Source of the DNA: Dipteris shenzhenensis
Lineage: Eukaryota
Direction: 5' to 3' (one strand)
NCBI GenBank assembly: GCA_047967505.1
Contig: CM106538.1
DNA: 64,000 nt
Part shown: in pieces, positions 60,474-64,000 of the stretch
Position numbering within the stretch: position 1 is the stretch's first letter
How the letters are laid out: each line of letters opens with the position of its first letter
The notes under the pieces: generated by a model
What the model saw: the letters and a program-made list of their open reading frames with translations, nothing else
Databases searched by the model: none
What the model was told of the DNA's origin: nothing
Translations under genes and position numbers: made by a program

Positions 60474-63400
60474 TGTTGGAAAGGTCACCTCCCCATCTGT
60501 AAGCCCCCATACGAGGAGAGCATGGGGGAGGGAGACCTAGGACAGTACCCAACAGAAAAAGAGAGAAAGGGGCTGCCACATAGACAGCATCATGGCTGTC
60601 ATGTGGGCAGCACATCTAGAACTGTTATGGGCAGGACAGAGGGCCAGGAAAGTGCGGAAGCATGGCAGATCTGTACGGATTACAGATGCCTGATGTACGG
60701 CTGGTTTCAGGGTCACGTATGGAGCTCAGGCAGGAGCCCTAGAGCTGGAACAAGCCCGGAGCAGAGGCAAGACAGTCTGGGACAGATTGCGATGGATCTA
60801 CGACAGGAGGCGCACTGTTTGCAGTAGGTTTTGGGGGGGGCTGGACCTTGTATTTATAGGGCATCTGCCCTTGAAAGGTGGGCCAAGGGCCCTTGTATTG
60901 AGAGCCCCAAAAGGGCAGCCCACAGTCCCATAAATGGGGAGCTGTGGGGTCGGTTTTCAGACAGACTGAGTCGGCCAGATTAGGGCTGACCAGTCGGTAT
61001 TTTTGCAGGTCTTGGGGCCTATATAAAGAGGCCATTCAGGCCTCATTTGATATCATCTGAAGCAGCAATTCCACCAGCAGAAGGAGCAGCAGCAGGGCTA
61101 CCTTTGGGCCTACAGTCAGGAGGAGAAAGAAGTACCTTGTGCTGCAGACTTAGCTTGCAGGAGGCTGCCCACCTAGGCTGGTTTCCAGACAGCAAGGTGG
61201 AGAGGATCATTCTGGACGGAAAGTCTACTCACGCTCGAGGTGGAGCACGCGGACTCTAGTCTAGAGATAGCCAGCAGATAGGAGGACTTTGTGGTAAGAT
61301 CAGAGGACCACACCATTGGTGGGACTCTGGATCTGTCTTTCTTGTATTGTGTCCATAGTTGTGGACAGAAATATATTATTTGGTGGTTTCTCTATCTGGT
61401 TGGTTCATTGTCTATTGATGAGTCTGCACACCTATTGTATGCACATAAGTAAAGAAGTCTGTGATTCCACACCCACACCGCCCACTGTGTGAGCTCCTGG
61501 GCATTACTACAAGTCTTCCGCTGCATGTACCCTCTGTTGGGTATTTTCTAACATGGTATCAGAGCCCAAGTAGGAGGCTCACAGGTGTGGGAGCCTAAAG
61601 GCAGGGACCTTGCTGAAGGATGACCCTGATTCAGAAGCTCTTGGGAATCGACTTCCACGACTGGAGGATTGTGCCCTTGCGAGAAGGAGGGTGACTCAGG
61701 TTCAGTCAGGTGCGTTCAGAGTTCTGGTTTACTGAATTTGAGTTTGGTTGACTTTGCTGTGTGGTATATACAGCAAAGATGTCGACATCTACAGCCTCTT
61801 CAGCCCCTACTTTCCCTTCCTCCTCCTCCAGTTTTCTCTCTTTCACTATCCCTAACTTTGGAGAGTCTGGGAACCTGGACGGGACTAATTACCCGATCTG
61901 GAAAGTGAAGATCCGGAGTCATTTAGTGGCTCGGAAGTTGTGGAAGCTGACCACGGGAGAGGAGTCGAAGCCGGAAGACTTGGTGGACAGTAAAGGGAAG
62001 GTACTCATGGCAGTAGACAGAGAGGAGCTTGAAGCTTGGGAAGAAAGAGATGCCCATGCCCTGGCAATAATCATAGGGTCTACGGCGGACTCTGTTCTTC
62101 CGCATATCCAACTGGCCGAGACGTCAGTAGAGGCGTGGGCCACACTGAAAGATCTGTACGAGACAGATAATACCTCCCGGATTGTGCTTCTTCAGCATCA
62201 ACTCTACAATCTTGATATGGAAGAAGGCGATACGGTACATAGCCATTTGACGAAGGTCAAGGTGGTGCGGGATCAACTGGCAGCAATTGGTCAGAAGACG
62301 GACTCATGCCATCTGGCCTTGATGGTACTGAGGAGATTGCCTTGGAGTTTCAAGAGCTTTGTTACGGCTGTGATAGTAGGACAGAGAACCAAACCTCTGA
62401 CGTTTGAGGAGTTGTGTCCATTACTGCTACAGGAGGAAGCTCGGGAGAAGCTCTACAACGAGGACAAAGATGACAAGGCGATGCTGGCAAAGGATTCTGT
62501 TGGCAAAGGCAAGGGCAAGCCTAACGGTGGCAAGTCCAATAAAGACGACGAGGGGACTTCGAAGAGAAAGCACAAGAAGAAGTGTTTCTATTGTGATACG
62601 CCCGGACATTTTGCAAAGGACTGCAGAAAGAAAAAGGCGGATCTGAAAAACAAACAGGAGTCTGACTCAGATTCAGAGGGAAAAACCAAAGCAAATGTGG
62701 TAGTCGAAGAATTGTTCCTGGTGACATCACCGAGTGTTACCGAGGTCAGATATGTTGATCCAGAAGTCACAGTAAGGATGTCTGACATAGAGATGTGGGT
62801 CGACGAGGAGTCAGATGCCTTTGTGAAGGTAAAGGACAGTATGGAGCGCTTGGTACCTTCCAGGTGTGTAGCTGTTGACACTGACACAAGGGTGGATTCC
62901 ATGGAAAGCCCTGGGGTCTCATGGTCAGATGGATGCTGGATTTCAGAAGGGGACAGGACAGGATTACACAGGATCTTGGCGGGTGCCTCATTGAGGTACA
63001 GGGTGTGCTTTTAGAGCGAACATTCAGGCAGTACAACAGTCTGGTATGTATTTGATATTCTGCATTTGAGCCTTTATAGCATGCTATGGAGAGATTCTGC
63101 TCTTCATTCGTCTCAGGTGATAAGAGATTGGAAGGAATTGGCCTTCTTCGAAGGCAGAAGGGGAAGTATTGGTGCTTCTTCAAATCTTGGACGCAGATTG
63201 CTAGAAGGTGGTGGACAAAGAGTACTGAAGCCAGAAGAGTACCTGCTTGAGAACTCAGCAAGAGTTCATGGTCCAGGTTATCTGGAAATATTCATTGGTT
63301 GCAGACCTTGCCAAAGGAAGGACGGGTTGAAATAGACCCTCAGAGCAAGGTGCCTGGAAGACTCCAGGTTGTTCACTCATTATGAGGGGGACGACTGGAA

Positions 63401-64000
63401 GATCGTGACGGCTGGGTTGCTCAAGTTCAGAGGCGGGAATGCGACTGAAGGAGGTGGTACCAGGAGGTGCTACCAGAGATGGACCTGCGTACCAGGATGG
63501 TGTGCCGAAGCGGAACCGGACCTGGTGGAGCAGGAGCCACTGGATGCAAAGCCAGAAAAAGATTTCGACACCGAAAGGTTCCAGAGGACTACGACTAGGG
63601 AGTTACTAGAGCATCTTCATCGACGTGTTGGCATTGGGCTGAGATGTGTCAGTGAGAGGGGGTGTTGGAAAGGTCACCTCCCCATCTGTAAGCCCCCATA
63701 TGAGGAGAGCATGGGGAGCGCTTGGTACCTTCCAGGTGTGTAGCTGTTGACACTGACACGAGGGTGGATTCCATGGAAAGCCCCGGGGTCTCATGGTCAG
63801 ATGGATGCTGGATTTCAGAAGGGGACAGGACAGGATTACACAGGATCTTGGCGGGTGCCTCATTGACGTACAGGGTTTGCTTTCAGAGCGAACATTCAGG
63901 CAGTACAACAGTCGGTATTTTTGCAGGTCTTGGGGCCTATATAAAGAGGCCATTTGATATCATCTGAAGCAGCTATTCCACCAGCAGCAGGAGCAGCAGC
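60474..64000 (+). mobile_element. Gag-only (TR-GAG-like) copia derivative G: 5' LTR 60474-61553, PBS 61554-61566, PPT ~63652-63662, 3' LTR from 63663 running off the window
   Basis: TGTTGGAAAGGTCACCTC occurs at 60474 and 63663. The ~2.1-kb internal region has gag but no INT, RT or RH motifs. Confidence 0.88.
61779..63014 (+). CDS. Intact copia Gag with CCHC knuckle and a degenerate protease-like tail (~411 aa)
   Basis: LDGTNYPIWKVKI, AWATLKDLYE, LLLQEEAR, CFYCDTPGHFAKDC. Clearly homologous to the Gag of element D. Confidence 0.85.
   Translation: MSTSTASSAPTFPSSSSSFLSFTIPNFGESGNLDGTNYPIWKVKIRSHLVARKLWKLTTGEESKPEDLVDSKGKVLMAVDREELEAWEERDAHALAIIIGSTADSVLPHIQLAETSVEAWATLKDLYETDNTSRIVLLQHQLYNLDMEEGDTVHSHLTKVKVVRDQLAAIGQKTDSCHLALMVLRRLPWSFKSFVTAVIVGQRTKPLTFEELCPLLLQEEAREKLYNEDKDDKAMLAKDSVGKGKGKPNGGKSNKDDEGTSKRKHKKKCFYCDTPGHFAKDCRKKKADLKNKQESDSDSEGKTKANVVVEELFLVTSPSVTEVRYVDPEVTVRMSDIEMWVDEESDAFVKVKDSMERLVPSRCVAVDTDTRVDSMESPGVSWSDGCWISEGDRTGLHRILAGASLRYRVCF

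Noticed and set aside
63066-63660. Second gene (env-like) in element G
   Set aside because: Only short broken ORFs with no TM or recognisable motif; probably decayed pol or filler.

Overview
Eukaryotic land-plant genomic DNA; a fern or other non-seed plant is my inference from the TE content and intron style. The only host gene is the 3' part of a SUD1/CER9/DOA10A-type (MARCH6-like) ER-membrane RING E3 ligase on the minus strand. Its six exons (13992-7011) are phase-consistent and include one GC-AG intron. No upstream exon was found in the remaining 50 kb, so 13993-64000 is probably one giant intron. That stretch is a nested stack of retroelements: an RTEX/CR1-like LINE in two pieces, five Ty1/copia-type elements (A, B, C, D and gag-only G), a full-length L1-type LINE with a 12-bp TSD inside copia A, and two chromodomain Ty3/gypsy elements (F inside E inside D, both with perfect 5-bp TSDs). 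Solo and orphan LTRs are also present. Positions 1-5 kb hold decayed TE relics (DUF7869-type transposase, tandem repeats). Most notable: (i) a possible degenerate NUDIX-fold domain at the C-terminus of L1 ORF1, plus an ATGA ORF1/ORF2 overlap; (ii) a ~240-bp non-coding leader module far more conserved between two copia elements than their Gag; (iii) a gag-only element whose 3' LTR U3 was replaced by a copy of its own internal sequence; (iv) one deletion junction that could explain most orphan ends. All identities are by-eye estimates; no database search was run.
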